Below, one piece after another: positions 48,607 through 58,807 of a stretch of 64,000 bases of DNA (positions within the stretch are counted from its first letter, which is position 1; the number at the start of each line of letters is the position of its first letter). Made by a program: the position numbers and the translations under genes. The stretch covers positions 169,141 through 233,140 of the forward strand of contig JAGWYA010000001.1 of assembly GCA_018969615.1 (NCBI GenBank). The letters are read 5' to 3'. Under the pieces are notes generated by a model. That model was not told the DNA's origin and searched no databases. It was given only the letters and a program-made list of their open reading frames with translations. The stretch comes from Patescibacteria group bacterium (lineage in GTDB: Bacteria; Patescibacteriota; Minisyncoccia; UBA6257; 02-FULL-45-10c).

Positions 48607-48811
48607 ATAGTGCGTAGTGAGTGGCGCGTAGTTCGTAGTAAAGAAGGCGCGGAATCAAAGGCCTCATAATAACGCTGGAGCTTTTTCCTTGTTTTGGAAA
48701 TTATTATTTCTAAGCCGACCTGAGTCGGCTCCCAGACAAGGGTTGAGGCCGTCTACATGCTACTTTCTACGCGCTATCCCCACTGCCTACGGTCTACTGC
48801 CTACGTGCTAT
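48607..48811. repeat. Inverted pair of degenerate heptamer arrays between divergent lepB and pth
   Basis: GTAG-rich units 48607..48641 facing CTAC-rich units 48753..48811. Confidence 0.8.
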
Positions 48812-48836
48812 TTTATGCTACACTGGAATCAATTCT

Positions 48837-49382
48837 ATGAATCCGCAGGAGCCGCAGTACAAACTGATCGTCGGCCTGGGAAACCCGGGTCCTGATTATG
48901 CGAACACGTACCACAACGTCGGCGCCTTGGCAGTGGATCATCTCATTGAGGAAACGCGGCCGCTCACATTGAAAAAGAACGTTTCCAAGAAATTCCAATA
49001 TGCGGCGGACGGCAACATCATCTTCATTAAGCCGCTGACCTATATGAACGAATCCGGCGTCGCCGTAAAGAACGCGCTCAAGCAGTTCAAAGCGACTCCG
49101 GAAGAGATCCTCGTCATCCATGACGATTCGGATATCACGATCGGCGAATACAAGCTCTCGTATGAACGGGGTGCCGGCGGGCACAAAGGCATTGAAAGCA
49201 TCATCCAGCACCTCAAAACAAAGAAATTCTGGCGGCTCCGCATCGGCATCCGTCCTCCGGCGATCGCCGGCACGCCGCGTAAAAAAGCGGAGGAATTCGT
49301 CCTCAAACGGATCTCAGCCGCACATCGGCGGTTGCTGGAAACAGTTTTCACTGCGATCAGCGCGCATATGGAACAGCTGTAA
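48837..49382 (+). CDS. pth: Peptidyl-tRNA hydrolase
   Basis: LIVGLGNPG, HNVG, KPLTYMNESG, HDD, GGHKG, RLRIGI. Confidence 0.97.
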   Translation: MNPQEPQYKLIVGLGNPGPDYANTYHNVGALAVDHLIEETRPLTLKKNVSKKFQYAADGNIIFIKPLTYMNESGVAVKNALKQFKATPEEILVIHDDSDITIGEYKLSYERGAGGHKGIESIIQHLKTKKFWRLRIGIRPPAIAGTPRKKAEEFVLKRISAAHRRLLETVFTAISAHMEQL

Positions 49383-49463
49383 TAGCACGTAGGGAGTAGG
49401 CAGTGGGCAGTAGTTAAATGTTAAAGGTCAAAGGTAAAAATCTCCGGCTGCTGCCGGAGATTT

Positions 49464-50969
49464 TTAAGCGGAAAACGTGATCGTGAACGAGATCGTTCCG
49501 TCGATGTTTTGCTGGATCTTGGCGAGCGGAAGCGCGATATCCTGCAATCCCGCTTTTGTCAGGTTGTTCTTGAAATCGATCGCATCGGTCTGCGTCGCCG
49601 CCTTGGCGATGATGAAGCCGGTTCGAGTTGTCGTATCGAGCTGAAGCCGTACGAAGCTGACGCCCTGGGCCACTGAATTGATCTTCTCAAGGAACGGCGA
49701 CCAGACATTGCTGTTCTGGCGCGCATACTGCGTCTTCGTCACCAGCGCATTGAACATTTTCGCCTGAGCGGCAAGCTGCGTCACCTCAACGCCGGTCGGA
49801 AGCTGGGTCGTCCCCTGCACCTGCTGCACGATATCAACATAGGTCCGCGCAAGGAAGCTATCAACGACCACGAACATCAGGATAAAAAACATGGCGGCGG
49901 TCAGCAGGACATTCCGCCAAAATGTGATCAAAAACATGACCTGGGCGTAGAAATAGCCGTCCTCCGTTCCGATCGCCATCAAGCTGATGAAAATATCCGA
50001 AGCGCGGTTGACGGTCGCACGATATGCAGCGCCGATCAAGGCAGCCCAGGAAAGAGGCACGGCTTCGTATCCGCGGAAGGAAAGCTGCGTCACTTTATAA
50101 TGAAATTGATCCTCAATGAACTGCGCAGTCTCCTGCTGGAACGCCGGCGCGATCAAAGCAACGTTCAACAATCCGCCGCCCCAATGGTTCGCATAGAACG
50201 TACTGACCTTCTTCAACTCACGGTAGATCGTCGCCTTGAAATCGTCGAACGAGATCTCCCTCGCGGTATCGCCGGAAGGCATGAGATGCCACGGCGTGAA
50301 ATAATCGAAATACATGTTGCCATACCGGTAGATCATGAAGTCGATCCCGTCGTTCGTGATATTCATCACGATATACGGCTGCTCGGCATCAACGCCGACG
50401 CCGAACATTCTGATAGCCCGGGCGAGCGCAAGAGCGGGAAACTCAACGGCAACCGTCGTAAAACCGGCTTCCTGAAGCGCATCAACGTAAAGATCCACCA
50501 CTTCCCGCCGCGCGAACGCACCAAGATATTCAACGTTCCCGTCCTTTTCATGCAGCCGCTCCCAGTCCGCGTACACTTGCGCATACTCCGTCGGCGTAAG
50601 GCTTTGGAGATTCAATTTAATTGCCTCCGCTTCCTTCGCTTCGTTCAGCTTGGGAAGCGTAAAAACCTGCGCATAGACGCGCGGCGGCGGAATGATCGCG
50701 ATGACCGACAATTTTTCTTTGCGCTCCGGCGCGAACTGCGCCTTCAAGGTCTTGAGCTGCGCGACCAAGCGTCCCTTATCCTTCACGACCCCCTCCTGAA
50801 TGATCCCCGGTTCCAGCAGAAACCCCTCTTTCTTCAGCGATTTTTTTACGATCTGGCCGATCCGCAGCGATGAGTCGCTGAACTCAAGGCCGACCAACGG
50901 CTCTTTCGGAAGCATCATCCATTGGAAAAAGCCATTGACCTGTTCTAAAAGTTTTTTAAAGGAATTCAT
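49464..50969 (-). CDS. PilM-like actin-fold domain joined to TM and PilN-like domain
   Basis: VGLEFSDSSLR...PGIIQEG.V, EFPALALARA, one TM, C-terminal ISFTITF; sits in a pilin locus. Confidence 0.7.
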   Translation of the reverse strand: MNSFKKLLEQVNGFFQWMMLPKEPLVGLEFSDSSLRIGQIVKKSLKKEGFLLEPGIIQEGVVKDKGRLVAQLKTLKAQFAPERKEKLSVIAIIPPPRVYAQVFTLPKLNEAKEAEAIKLNLQSLTPTEYAQVYADWERLHEKDGNVEYLGAFARREVVDLYVDALQEAGFTTVAVEFPALALARAIRMFGVGVDAEQPYIVMNITNDGIDFMIYRYGNMYFDYFTPWHLMPSGDTAREISFDDFKATIYRELKKVSTFYANHWGGGLLNVALIAPAFQQETAQFIEDQFHYKVTQLSFRGYEAVPLSWAALIGAAYRATVNRASDIFISLMAIGTEDGYFYAQVMFLITFWRNVLLTAAMFFILMFVVVDSFLARTYVDIVQQVQGTTQLPTGVEVTQLAAQAKMFNALVTKTQYARQNSNVWSPFLEKINSVAQGVSFVRLQLDTTTRTGFIIAKAATQTDAIDFKNNLTKAGLQDIALPLAKIQQNIDGTISFTITFSA

Positions 50970-50981
50970 AATAGCCGTTCC

Positions 50982-53900
50982 TTAATTCATTACCTGAAGA
51001 ACAGCAGTTCCCGAAACCGCAACCGGAGGGACGATCGTAAGCGAGGTCATCGCAGCGATTTTGGCATAACAAGACGTGTGCTCATTGAAGACAGACGTTT
51101 CACTTCCGTAGGTACTTGCGGCATTGTAGGTGAACATTTGGCGAGCCGAATTTGCCGCTGATGACGTAAACGGATCTATGATCAAATTTATATCATCAAC
51201 GCTTGCCGTCATCGTTCCCGTACTTAGCTGGAACGGACAGCCGGTCCCAGCAGTAGATCCGATGCCGCCGGATGCCGCCGCTGAATTGCTGTAATTCCCG
51301 GCATAAAGATATGCGGCAGTTGAAGAATTATTAACACGGAAATACCATGTTCCTGCAGTATTTGTCGTCGGAGTTAAATTTGCGGATAACCGATAAACCG
51401 TACCCGTGGTTAATCCCGAGAATGTAATAGTGGTTGCTCCGCTCACTGTTTGATTCGAAACAGTCGTCCAAGCACCCGAACCGACAACCGGAGTTGCGGC
51501 GTAGTATGCATCAATAATAATCACGCCGGAACCACCGGCACCTCCTTGACATGCGCCAGTTCCGCCTGAGCCGCCTCCGCCAACGGCGTAAGAATAAGAC
51601 GACGCAAGGCTCGTGATCATGAATTTTGCATATTCACCCGCGCCACCACCGGCGGAATAAGCAGGTGATCCGGCATTCCAATAACAGCCACCGCCGCCGG
51701 CGCCTGAATTTGCCGCACCGGCTACGCCGTTACCCTCAGATCCATTATATGTTGCACGGCCGCCGCCGCCGAAGAATGAGTTTCCGCCTCCGGTAGAATA
51801 ACCATCGGGAGTCGAGCCGCCACCACCGGCGATACGCAATAAAGCGGTTCCCGTTCCGCCAGTTCCGCCAGCACCACCGCCACCAGTAGTCACCGCCGCA
51901 CCGCCGCCGGGATTTGCCGTAACCCCATCAAATGAAGTTGCGCCTCCGGTTGATCCAGGGCCAGCACTTGTATGAGCACCCGAACCACCACCACCACCAC
52001 CGACCATCTGTATCACTAAATAGGCAGCGTTTGCAGGGGTTGTATATGTCCCGGTTCCCGAGGTAAGCACTGTTTCAGTTGGCGGAAGTGCGGATCCTCC
52101 CCCGCCCGCCGTCGTCTGGATCGTACCGTCGGGGAACTTAATACCGCCGGTTTCGGAGTAGATCGTCCCCTTCACGTCCAGCGCCGAATTCGGCGTCGTC
52201 GTCCCGATGCCGACGTTACCTGAAGAAGTGATAACCATATGTGTATTCGCTCCGCCGGTCATAAACTCGAGATTGCCCGCAGCATCTCCAACATTATAGT
52301 TGTCAGCAACCGCTGATTGGAGCGTGCCAAGATTGTTCGTCCATTTTATTAAACCGTTCGCGGTCGCCGTATTGCTCGTATTAAGGGTAAGTGTTGGTGC
52401 CGAAGAATTTAGCGCGGAAAGCTGCAAAAGACTTCCCGGCGTCGTGGTTCCAATGCCGACATAACCGCTGTTATTGATCGTCAAACGAGTCGCGCCATTC
52501 GTATTATCGTAGATCCGGAAATTATGAGTCGCATCAATCAAGCCGTTTCCGATCGTCCAGCCGCTGACGCCGTCATCGGTTCCGAAACCAAGGCCAACTG
52601 ACGAAACCGAAGTACCGATCAACTGAGCACTGCCGTTAACCGATAATAGATGTTGAGGATTTGTTGTCCCAATACCAACATTCCCGCCGTTTGGATTGAT
52701 CGCAAGCGGATGCGTCAGATCAGCGCGATTCGAATAATGCGCTTGGATCCATCCGTATGCTCCTCCTGTGTAAGCAGCTCCGATGTTAACCTCAGGGTCT
52801 CCAACGCTCAAAGACCCAAACTGCGCACCTACGGTAACCGGGGATGCTGCCGTTTGCGGGGCGCTGTCCCCCGTATTAACGGTCAAGATACTCCCGGGCG
52901 CCGCCGTCCCGATGCCGACATTACCGGTTCCTGCAGTACTATTCAAAAGAAGGTTACCGCCTCCAGTCCACGCATCAATGCCGAGATCGTTTCCGGTCCG
53001 GAATACTCTTCCCATCGTTGTCGCACCGGAGGTCAATAACGCCCAATCAGGCGATGCCGCCGTCGAATTGATCCGGAACGGCGTAGTACCGGTAGTCGCA
53101 TCAACGGTAAGCATATGATCGGGTCCTGTTGTCCCGATACCGACATTCCCGCCGTTTGGATTAAGAGCTAAAGGATATGTTGCCCCACCACCTACTTGGA
53201 GGTACCCTGTCCATGGAGGTGCGTTTAACAATCCCATGTTTATTTTCCCCGTTGTATTAGCATGTATTTGAAATTCAGTGCTTCCAGCCGTGCTCGGATT
53301 TGCTTCCGCCGTAGTATCAACCTCGAGCGCCGCTCCCGGATTCGTCGTTCCAATGCCCACATTTCCCGTATTGTAATACGCACTGGTCCCGTTCTGGGTC
53401 CACAATCCGCCCTGACTCGCCGATGTCTGAGTCGTTCCATCGGCGTACCGGATGCCGCCGGTCGTATACACCGTCCCGACTACGCTCAAGGCCTGCGAAG
53501 GCGAGGTGGTTCCGATACCGACATCTCCATTGCCTGATTTCACGACTAAGACTGGTGTTCCTCCGCCATTAGCAGTATTGAAGTAGATATCGCCATAGTT
53601 TGTCAGCACCTGCATCAAGTCTCCGCTTATCGTATTCTTAATATCCGTACGATGACCGGATGGAGATTGATTGATCGCAAACGTTTGGGTTCCTGCATTA
53701 CCAATAGAAAATCCATTGTCATAACCAGGCGTTCCCATAAGAGAAAGATAGGCACCTACCGATTGGTTGACCACGGCTAAGGTCCCCTGCGGCGTTGTTG
53801 TTCCAATGCCCACATTGCCGCTTGAATCTATATGCAGAGCGCTCACCGGATTATTGGCCGTCTTCGAAATGTCGAAATCAAGCGTGCTCAGATAACCACC

Positions 53901-56807
53901 GAGCGTTGTTGAAACGATTGAAGAGATCGGCCCTAAGTGATCCGCAAAACTCAATGTCTGCGTATCGCCCGCAATTGCATTGTCATTTCTGATCCAGGGA
54001 TCTGGGTCGCTCGTTGGTTTATAAATTTCAAGCGTGGCATTTGGGCTCGCTGTGCCGATACCCACTTTTCCGCCAACCTGCGTCAATGCCGTTTCTTGAG
54101 CGTATGTTGTCGGTGCCGTCACGGCCGAAGTTGCGGTTGAAGCCGTAAAGGCGTCGGCATTAATGCCCTCCTGCTTGATAACGATATAAGCCGTTCCCAC
54201 GTTTGCCCCATCAGTCGCCGTTACCCGCAAGCGAAGCGACAAAACAGTTCCTGACATCATTTCATCAAGTGCAAAATCATTCCCGGAATATGCCCCCGAA
54301 CTTGAAATAGGCAAAACTGTTTCCCATGTAGCATTTTGCTGGCCATATTGGATCGGAAGAATATACTGCTTCGCGGCCGAATAACCGTTTGATGGTACCG
54401 TCACCGAGATCCGCAAAGATCCTCCACCGTCCGTAAAGGCAAAACTGCCGATATCAACCTCATTATTGACCGTCAACGGCAAGGTGCGGGTCAACGGTAT
54501 AATATTTGCATTCGTAAACTTGACGTCACCGCTTCCGTCAATCGTCAGCCTCGTCACGCCATTCGTATTATCATAAATGCGGAAATTATGCGTTGCATCA
54601 ATAAGGCCGTTCCCGATCGTCCAACCGCTGACGCCATCATCGGTTCCAAAGCCAAGCCCAACCGAGCCGGTCGCGGTGCCGACTAGCTCGGCGCTACCAT
54701 TTACAGAAAGAAGGTGGTTCGGCGTAATATTTCCGATGCCGACATTGCCGCTCATAAAAACAGTATTAGCAAATGTATTATCCCTGCCAAAGTAAAGATT
54801 CCCGCCATTCGCCTGCGGATCAATATTAACGCCACTCCCCCAAGCTAATAATCTCAAAGATCCTGTCAAACTTGATGGATAGGTTACTAAAAGGGACGTG
54901 CTCGAGGTAGACGAAGAAACTTCTAGAGTTCCTCCCGGATTCGTTGTCCCGATACCGACAGCTCCGGCATCCGTAACCGTAAGCCGAGTCTGATCAGTCC
55001 CCTGAACAACGAAATTGCCGACTGAATCTTGGCCTATATCGATAAAACCAGACCCTGCTCCCTGGAAACGAACTTGCGGGCCTGCGCCGTTAGCACCAGT
55101 CCATTGCCCAACAAGCACCGTCCCTAGATAATCGGCATTATTAGCACTCACCGAGAGCCTTCCGGTTGTGCCAACAACATCGAGATTATAGGCTGGATTC
55201 GTCGTTCCAATACCGACATTGCCGGTGTTGTAATAAATATTCGAGCCATTTGAAACCCATAACCCTCCCGCCGAAGTCTGAAGCGAACCGTCAGGATACT
55301 GGATCCCGCCGGTCGCATAGACCTTTCCGGCGACGCTCAACGCCTGTGATGGCGAAGTGGTTCCGATACCGACGTTGCCGTTATTCACTATTCTCATCCT
55401 CTCCGGCGCTGCAGTACCCGCTACTTGAGATGCATCTGTATAAAAACGGATCGATCCATCGCTTGGATAGCCGATCCCAGCAAGGTTACCGGTTGAATCA
55501 TGAGAAGGCGTCGCTTGGGCAATTCCATTCCAGTTAAAATTATATCCGCCGCCATGACCGCCGCCGTTATCTAAAGTCGCAACACGCGCGTAGGAAAGAT
55601 TGCCCAGACGGAATTCACTCGCCGAGCTGATCCCATTCACATCCAAGAGCGATCCCGGGTTTGTCGTCCCGATACCAACATTCCCGTTCGTCAATACGAC
55701 CAGTTTTTGCGCCCCACCTTCGCTTAAGGCAACCGGCTGGCTTCCGCCGTTGATCGTAAAAAATCCACCCGGAGCGGCTCCGCCATCTTGGATCGTTGAC
55801 GCATTCGGGAACGAAATCCCTTCCACCGGGATCGCGTTACCGCCGATCGCGATACCCTGAAGCGTCCCGGCGCGAATACCGCCATTTACATCAAGTGCGT
55901 CTGTCGGATTCTGTGTGTTGATACCGACGTATCCCAAACTATTGACGTTAATCCCAAGCACGGCGCCACCGTCGCGACCAAGATACATATCGCCATCACC
56001 TCCGATATATCCCACCGCGCCCTCGAATGCACCGCTGGGGCCGAACATCTGAATACTCTTATTATAATCAGGTGCTACCGAAGGATCGGTGTACATTTTT
56101 ACCGCATATCCCGCACCCACATTGATACTAAGCGGATTCGTGCCAACTCCAGCCGACCCGATCCCAACACCGCCATTCGAATCAATTGATAACCGAGTTA
56201 CGCCGCTCGTATTGTCATAAATACGGAATGTGTGTGTCGAGTCGGTCAAACCATTTCCGATCGTCCAGCCGCTGACGCCGTCATCCGTTCCGAATCCGAG
56301 ACCAACCGATGAAAGCGAGGTGCCAATGAGCTGAGCATTGCCGTTCACGGAAAGAAGGTGCTGCGGGGCAGCCGTCCCGATACCGACATTGCCGTTCGCA
56401 GCGAGGATCGACATTTTCGTACCCTGATTCACACGGAATGCAAGATCATGGGCAGTGTTCAATTCCATGCCTGCATCCCAGGCGGCGCTGTTATCATGGA
56501 AATAATATCCGAGCACGGCGCCGGCGCCCGCAAGACCAATGCCGCAATTCGATGAATTCGGACACTCAACCAGAAGCGGGTTATTGGTTGGAAAAGAGGC
56601 TGAAGTTAAAAGAGAATTCCCGCCATGAACATACAGGGTCGTTCCTGTGGTGGGCGCCGCGCCTCCGATATCCAATGATGCCGGCAAGTTTCCCGATGGC
56701 GGTGATGTGCTCGGTTCAGTCCAAGCCGCAAAAACCACGTATGACGAAAGAAGCAACAACGTCGTTACCAGGAAAATAGTTGCCGTGTTCTTCACTAAAC
56801 GCAACAT
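50982..56807 (-). CDS. Giant secreted fibre/adhesin with about 17 VGIGT repeats and Gly-rich C-terminal region
   Basis: Signal peptide then AWTEP..PP.GN; GNVGIGTT repeats; start set at MLRLVKN after TGGTACAAT. Confidence 0.88.
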   Translation of the reverse strand: MLRLVKNTATIFLVTTLLLLSSYVVFAAWTEPSTSPPSGNLPASLDIGGAAPTTGTTLYVHGGNSLLTSASFPTNNPLLVECPNSSNCGIGLAGAGAVLGYYFHDNSAAWDAGMELNTAHDLAFRVNQGTKMSILAANGNVGIGTAAPQHLLSVNGNAQLIGTSLSSVGLGFGTDDGVSGWTIGNGLTDSTHTFRIYDNTSGVTRLSIDSNGGVGIGSAGVGTNPLSINVGAGYAVKMYTDPSVAPDYNKSIQMFGPSGAFEGAVGYIGGDGDMYLGRDGGAVLGINVNSLGYVGINTQNPTDALDVNGGIRAGTLQGIAIGGNAIPVEGISFPNASTIQDGGAAPGGFFTINGGSQPVALSEGGAQKLVVLTNGNVGIGTTNPGSLLDVNGISSASEFRLGNLSYARVATLDNGGGHGGGYNFNWNGIAQATPSHDSTGNLAGIGYPSDGSIRFYTDASQVAGTAAPERMRIVNNGNVGIGTTSPSQALSVAGKVYATGGIQYPDGSLQTSAGGLWVSNGSNIYYNTGNVGIGTTNPAYNLDVVGTTGRLSVSANNADYLGTVLVGQWTGANGAGPQVRFQGAGSGFIDIGQDSVGNFVVQGTDQTRLTVTDAGAVGIGTTNPGGTLEVSSSTSSTSLLVTYPSSLTGSLRLLAWGSGVNIDPQANGGNLYFGRDNTFANTVFMSGNVGIGNITPNHLLSVNGSAELVGTATGSVGLGFGTDDGVSGWTIGNGLIDATHNFRIYDNTNGVTRLTIDGSGDVKFTNANIIPLTRTLPLTVNNEVDIGSFAFTDGGGSLRISVTVPSNGYSAAKQYILPIQYGQQNATWETVLPISSSGAYSGNDFALDEMMSGTVLSLRLRVTATDGANVGTAYIVIKQEGINADAFTASTATSAVTAPTTYAQETALTQVGGKVGIGTASPNATLEIYKPTSDPDPWIRNDNAIAGDTQTLSFADHLGPISSIVSTTLGGYLSTLDFDISKTANNPVSALHIDSSGNVGIGTTTPQGTLAVVNQSVGAYLSLMGTPGYDNGFSIGNAGTQTFAINQSPSGHRTDIKNTISGDLMQVLTNYGDIYFNTANGGGTPVLVVKSGNGDVGIGTTSPSQALSVVGTVYTTGGIRYADGTTQTSASQGGLWTQNGTSAYYNTGNVGIGTTNPGAALEVDTTAEANPSTAGSTEFQIHANTTGKINMGLLNAPPWTGYLQVGGGATYPLALNPNGGNVGIGTTGPDHMLTVDATTGTTPFRINSTAASPDWALLTSGATTMGRVFRTGNDLGIDAWTGGGNLLLNSTAGTGNVGIGTAAPGSILTVNTGDSAPQTAASPVTVGAQFGSLSVGDPEVNIGAAYTGGAYGWIQAHYSNRADLTHPLAINPNGGNVGIGTTNPQHLLSVNGSAQLIGTSVSSVGLGFGTDDGVSGWTIGNGLIDATHNFRIYDNTNGATRLTINNSGYVGIGTTTPGSLLQLSALNSSAPTLTLNTSNTATANGLIKWTNNLGTLQSAVADNYNVGDAAGNLEFMTGGANTHMVITSSGNVGIGTTTPNSALDVKGTIYSETGGIKFPDGTIQTTAGGGGSALPPTETVLTSGTGTYTTPANAAYLVIQMVGGGGGGSGAHTSAGPGSTGGATSFDGVTANPGGGAAVTTGGGGAGGTGGTGTALLRIAGGGGSTPDGYSTGGGNSFFGGGGRATYNGSEGNGVAGAANSGAGGGGCYWNAGSPAYSAGGGAGEYAKFMITSLASSYSYAVGGGGSGGTGACQGGAGGSGVIIIDAYYAATPVVGSGAWTTVSNQTVSGATTITFSGLTTGTVYRLSANLTPTTNTAGTWYFRVNNSSTAAYLYAGNYSNSAAASGGIGSTAGTGCPFQLSTGTMTASVDDINLIIDPFTSSAANSARQMFTYNAASTYGSETSVFNEHTSCYAKIAAMTSLTIVPPVAVSGTAVLQVMN

Positions 56808-56829
56808 GTTCTTATTGTACCATTTTTTA

Positions 56830-56914
56830 GGGCAGTAGTCCGTAGCCCGTGGGCAGTGGGGATAGTAAGCAGGAAGTAGTGCACGGACAGTAGAAATATA
56901 GTGCGTAATAGTAC
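56830..56914. repeat. Degenerate heptamer array
   Basis: ggcagta/gtccgta/gcccgtg/ggcagtg units. Confidence 0.8.
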
Positions 56915-56966
56915 ACACCCCCAGTGCATCCAGTCGAGGATTGGATGCGCCTAACCGAAGCTCCAT

Positions 56967-57155
56967 TTATTTTTTATATGCGATCCCCAGATCTTTGCAA
57001 ATTTTCTTTGCCAAAATTTCATCGATCTCGCTATGCCGGGGAACCGTAGAGGTTCGATTGAGCGACGGATTTAAAAAGACGCTGTGTCTTGCGCCTTCTC
57101 TGGCAAGGACGCATCCGTTCTTGAACAGACGCCTTATCAGATCGTTCCGCTTCAT
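56967..57155 (-). CDS. hicA: HicA toxin (mRNA interferase)
   Basis: MKR.DL...L...GC.L.REGARH, VPRH.EI...LA.KICK.L. Confidence 0.92.
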   Translation of the reverse strand: MKRNDLIRRLFKNGCVLAREGARHSVFLNPSLNRTSTVPRHSEIDEILAKKICKDLGIAYKK

Positions 57156-57162
57156 TATTTTG

Positions 57163-57384
57163 TTATTTCTGAGAAACCGTCAGAGGCTCTCTGATTATTT
57201 TCCCGGAAACTTCTTTCCGGGCAAACTCCCTGTTCGTCTCCAAGATCAGCAGCAAGGCTTCCTTAAGATTTTCCTTTGTTTCTTTTAAGGTTTTACCCTG
57301 AGTATTCACGCCCGGAATCTCCTCGATCCAGCCCAGATACCATTTTTTGCCCTTCCTGTAATTGGCGGTAAAGCGCTTTGTCAT
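57163..57384 (-). CDS. hicB: HicB antitoxin, short form
   Basis: EEIPGVNTQG.TL.E..ENL.EAL. Confidence 0.92.
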   Translation of the reverse strand: MTKRFTANYRKGKKWYLGWIEEIPGVNTQGKTLKETKENLKEALLLILETNREFARKEVSGKIIREPLTVSQK

Positions 57385-57473
57385 ACTTTCAAAATAACAC
57401 GCTTCAAAAGGAAAAACAATTTAATTTCGCCCCGGATCCCGCATCAAGTGCGGAATGACAATGTGGCTGCCAC

Positions 57474-57514
57474 CCCTACTCCCCACTACCTACTGCCTAC
57501 TCCCTACTTACTAT
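57474..57514. repeat. Degenerate heptamer array at the pilin stop codon
   Basis: ctactcc/ccactac/ctactgc/ctactcc/ctactta. Confidence 0.8.
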
Positions 57515-58783
57515 TTAGTTCGTATGCACGTAATAATACACATCCCCCCAGTGCATCCAGCCGAGATCGGCATCATCCCAAGACCAACCGCTGAAGCGCC
57601 CTCCGGAATCGATCGAGACGCCATAGCTGCTGTTATCAAGCGCGGTGCCCGCCAAATGGATCCAGCTCCCCGATCCCATCACCTTCGCCCAACCGGTCAG
57701 CGTTTTCGGGAACGTGCCGGTCAATCCGCCGGGGATCGTCGCATTACAGGTTCCGCTCGGGCAACCCACCAGATCGGATGCCGTAAAACTGATCCAACCG
57801 AGAACATCCGACCAGGCATAGCCGTCCATCACGCCGGTCGTCGCGTTCACCGTCACACCGTAATTCGATGTCCCGCAACTCCCCTGATTGGAACAACTGA
57901 AGCTGATCCAGCCGAGATTCGAGTACGCCCATCCGGAGATCGCGTTCGTACCGCTCTGCGTCAGAATGCCATACGCCACTTCACTCAGTGATTCCACCTT
58001 CACTTCACCGGTCGCCTGGTTCACATCGAGGATCGCCTTCAGTTGGTGCGTGCGGTTCTGCATGCTCCCCAGCGAAATGATCTGGTCCTTGTTCAACCCG
58101 ACGCAATTCGGCGCCGGCTGGTCCGCGCACACGGTCACGTTTGCGATACTGCCGTCGGGGAATGACAGTGCATATTGGCCCGAAAATGTTTTATCGCGCG
58201 CGATCCGCAGCATTGCATCCTGGATCCCTGATTGCGCCGCCGCGAGCGCCTGCGCGTTCAACCGCGCATTCAGCTCCGTTTTACTGGTCAATGCATTGCC
58301 CACCAATAACGCGACCGCGATCTCAATAACCAGCCCGCCGATCATGATGACAAGCGGCAAAGCGGCGATGCCCCGCTTTGCCCGTAGTCCGTGGGCAGTA
58401 GGCAGTGGAGGAAAAGATACTTTCAGGCTCCGAAGTTTTCTCAAAAGCACATTCAGCATTTTCATAACCATCTCAAGAAGTTGCTCAACTTTTTTATATT
58501 CACTTTCATTCATAAGCATGTTCCGCTTTGCTATCTCAAGTTGAGTCTCCAGTTCAGCGCCGGAACCAAAAGCGATAGATAAGAATTGAATATACGATCC
58601 GTCAGAATTCCTTCGGTATCCTTCAGCAATATTCGAAGGAATAGAAACCGCCGCACGACGCATCTGAGACACAAGACCGAATCGCTCACTATCAGGAAAC
58701 TTATTTGTCAGCAAATAGATCTCATCAACAAGATCGATGCTCTTCTGCCATACGGTTAAGTTTTTATATGTTTTCAGTTCCAT
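57515..58783 (-). CDS. Four-helix-bundle (23S IVS/Avd-like) domain fused to PilX-like prepilin with GWISF-repeat domain
   Basis: YKNL.VWQKS...FP..E.FGL.SQMRRAAVSIPSNIAEG...GS..ELETQL, then in frame KRG-IAALPLVIMIGGLV and GWAYS/GYAWS..GWISF repeats. Confidence 0.85.
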   Translation of the reverse strand: MELKTYKNLTVWQKSIDLVDEIYLLTNKFPDSERFGLVSQMRRAAVSIPSNIAEGYRRNSDGSYIQFLSIAFGSGAELETQLEIAKRNMLMNESEYKKVEQLLEMVMKMLNVLLRKLRSLKVSFPPLPTAHGLRAKRGIAALPLVIMIGGLVIEIAVALLVGNALTSKTELNARLNAQALAAAQSGIQDAMLRIARDKTFSGQYALSFPDGSIANVTVCADQPAPNCVGLNKDQIISLGSMQNRTHQLKAILDVNQATGEVKVESLSEVAYGILTQSGTNAISGWAYSNLGWISFSCSNQGSCGTSNYGVTVNATTGVMDGYAWSDVLGWISFTASDLVGCPSGTCNATIPGGLTGTFPKTLTGWAKVMGSGSWIHLAGTALDNSSYGVSIDSGGRFSGWSWDDADLGWMHWGDVYYYVHTN

Positions 58784-58807
58784 AATCTGTCTATATATCA
58801 TACCTCC

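Noticed and set aside
56808-56966. N-terminal extension of the 1994-aa ORF
   Set aside because: Consists of the duplicated pilin end and heptamer array; signal peptide and -10 motif point to ATG 56807.
50982-58783. Diversity-generating retroelement (Avd-like gene near internal repeats)
   Set aside because: No reverse transcriptase in the window; repeat copies are all in frame and differ mostly at synonymous positions, not specifically at adenines.
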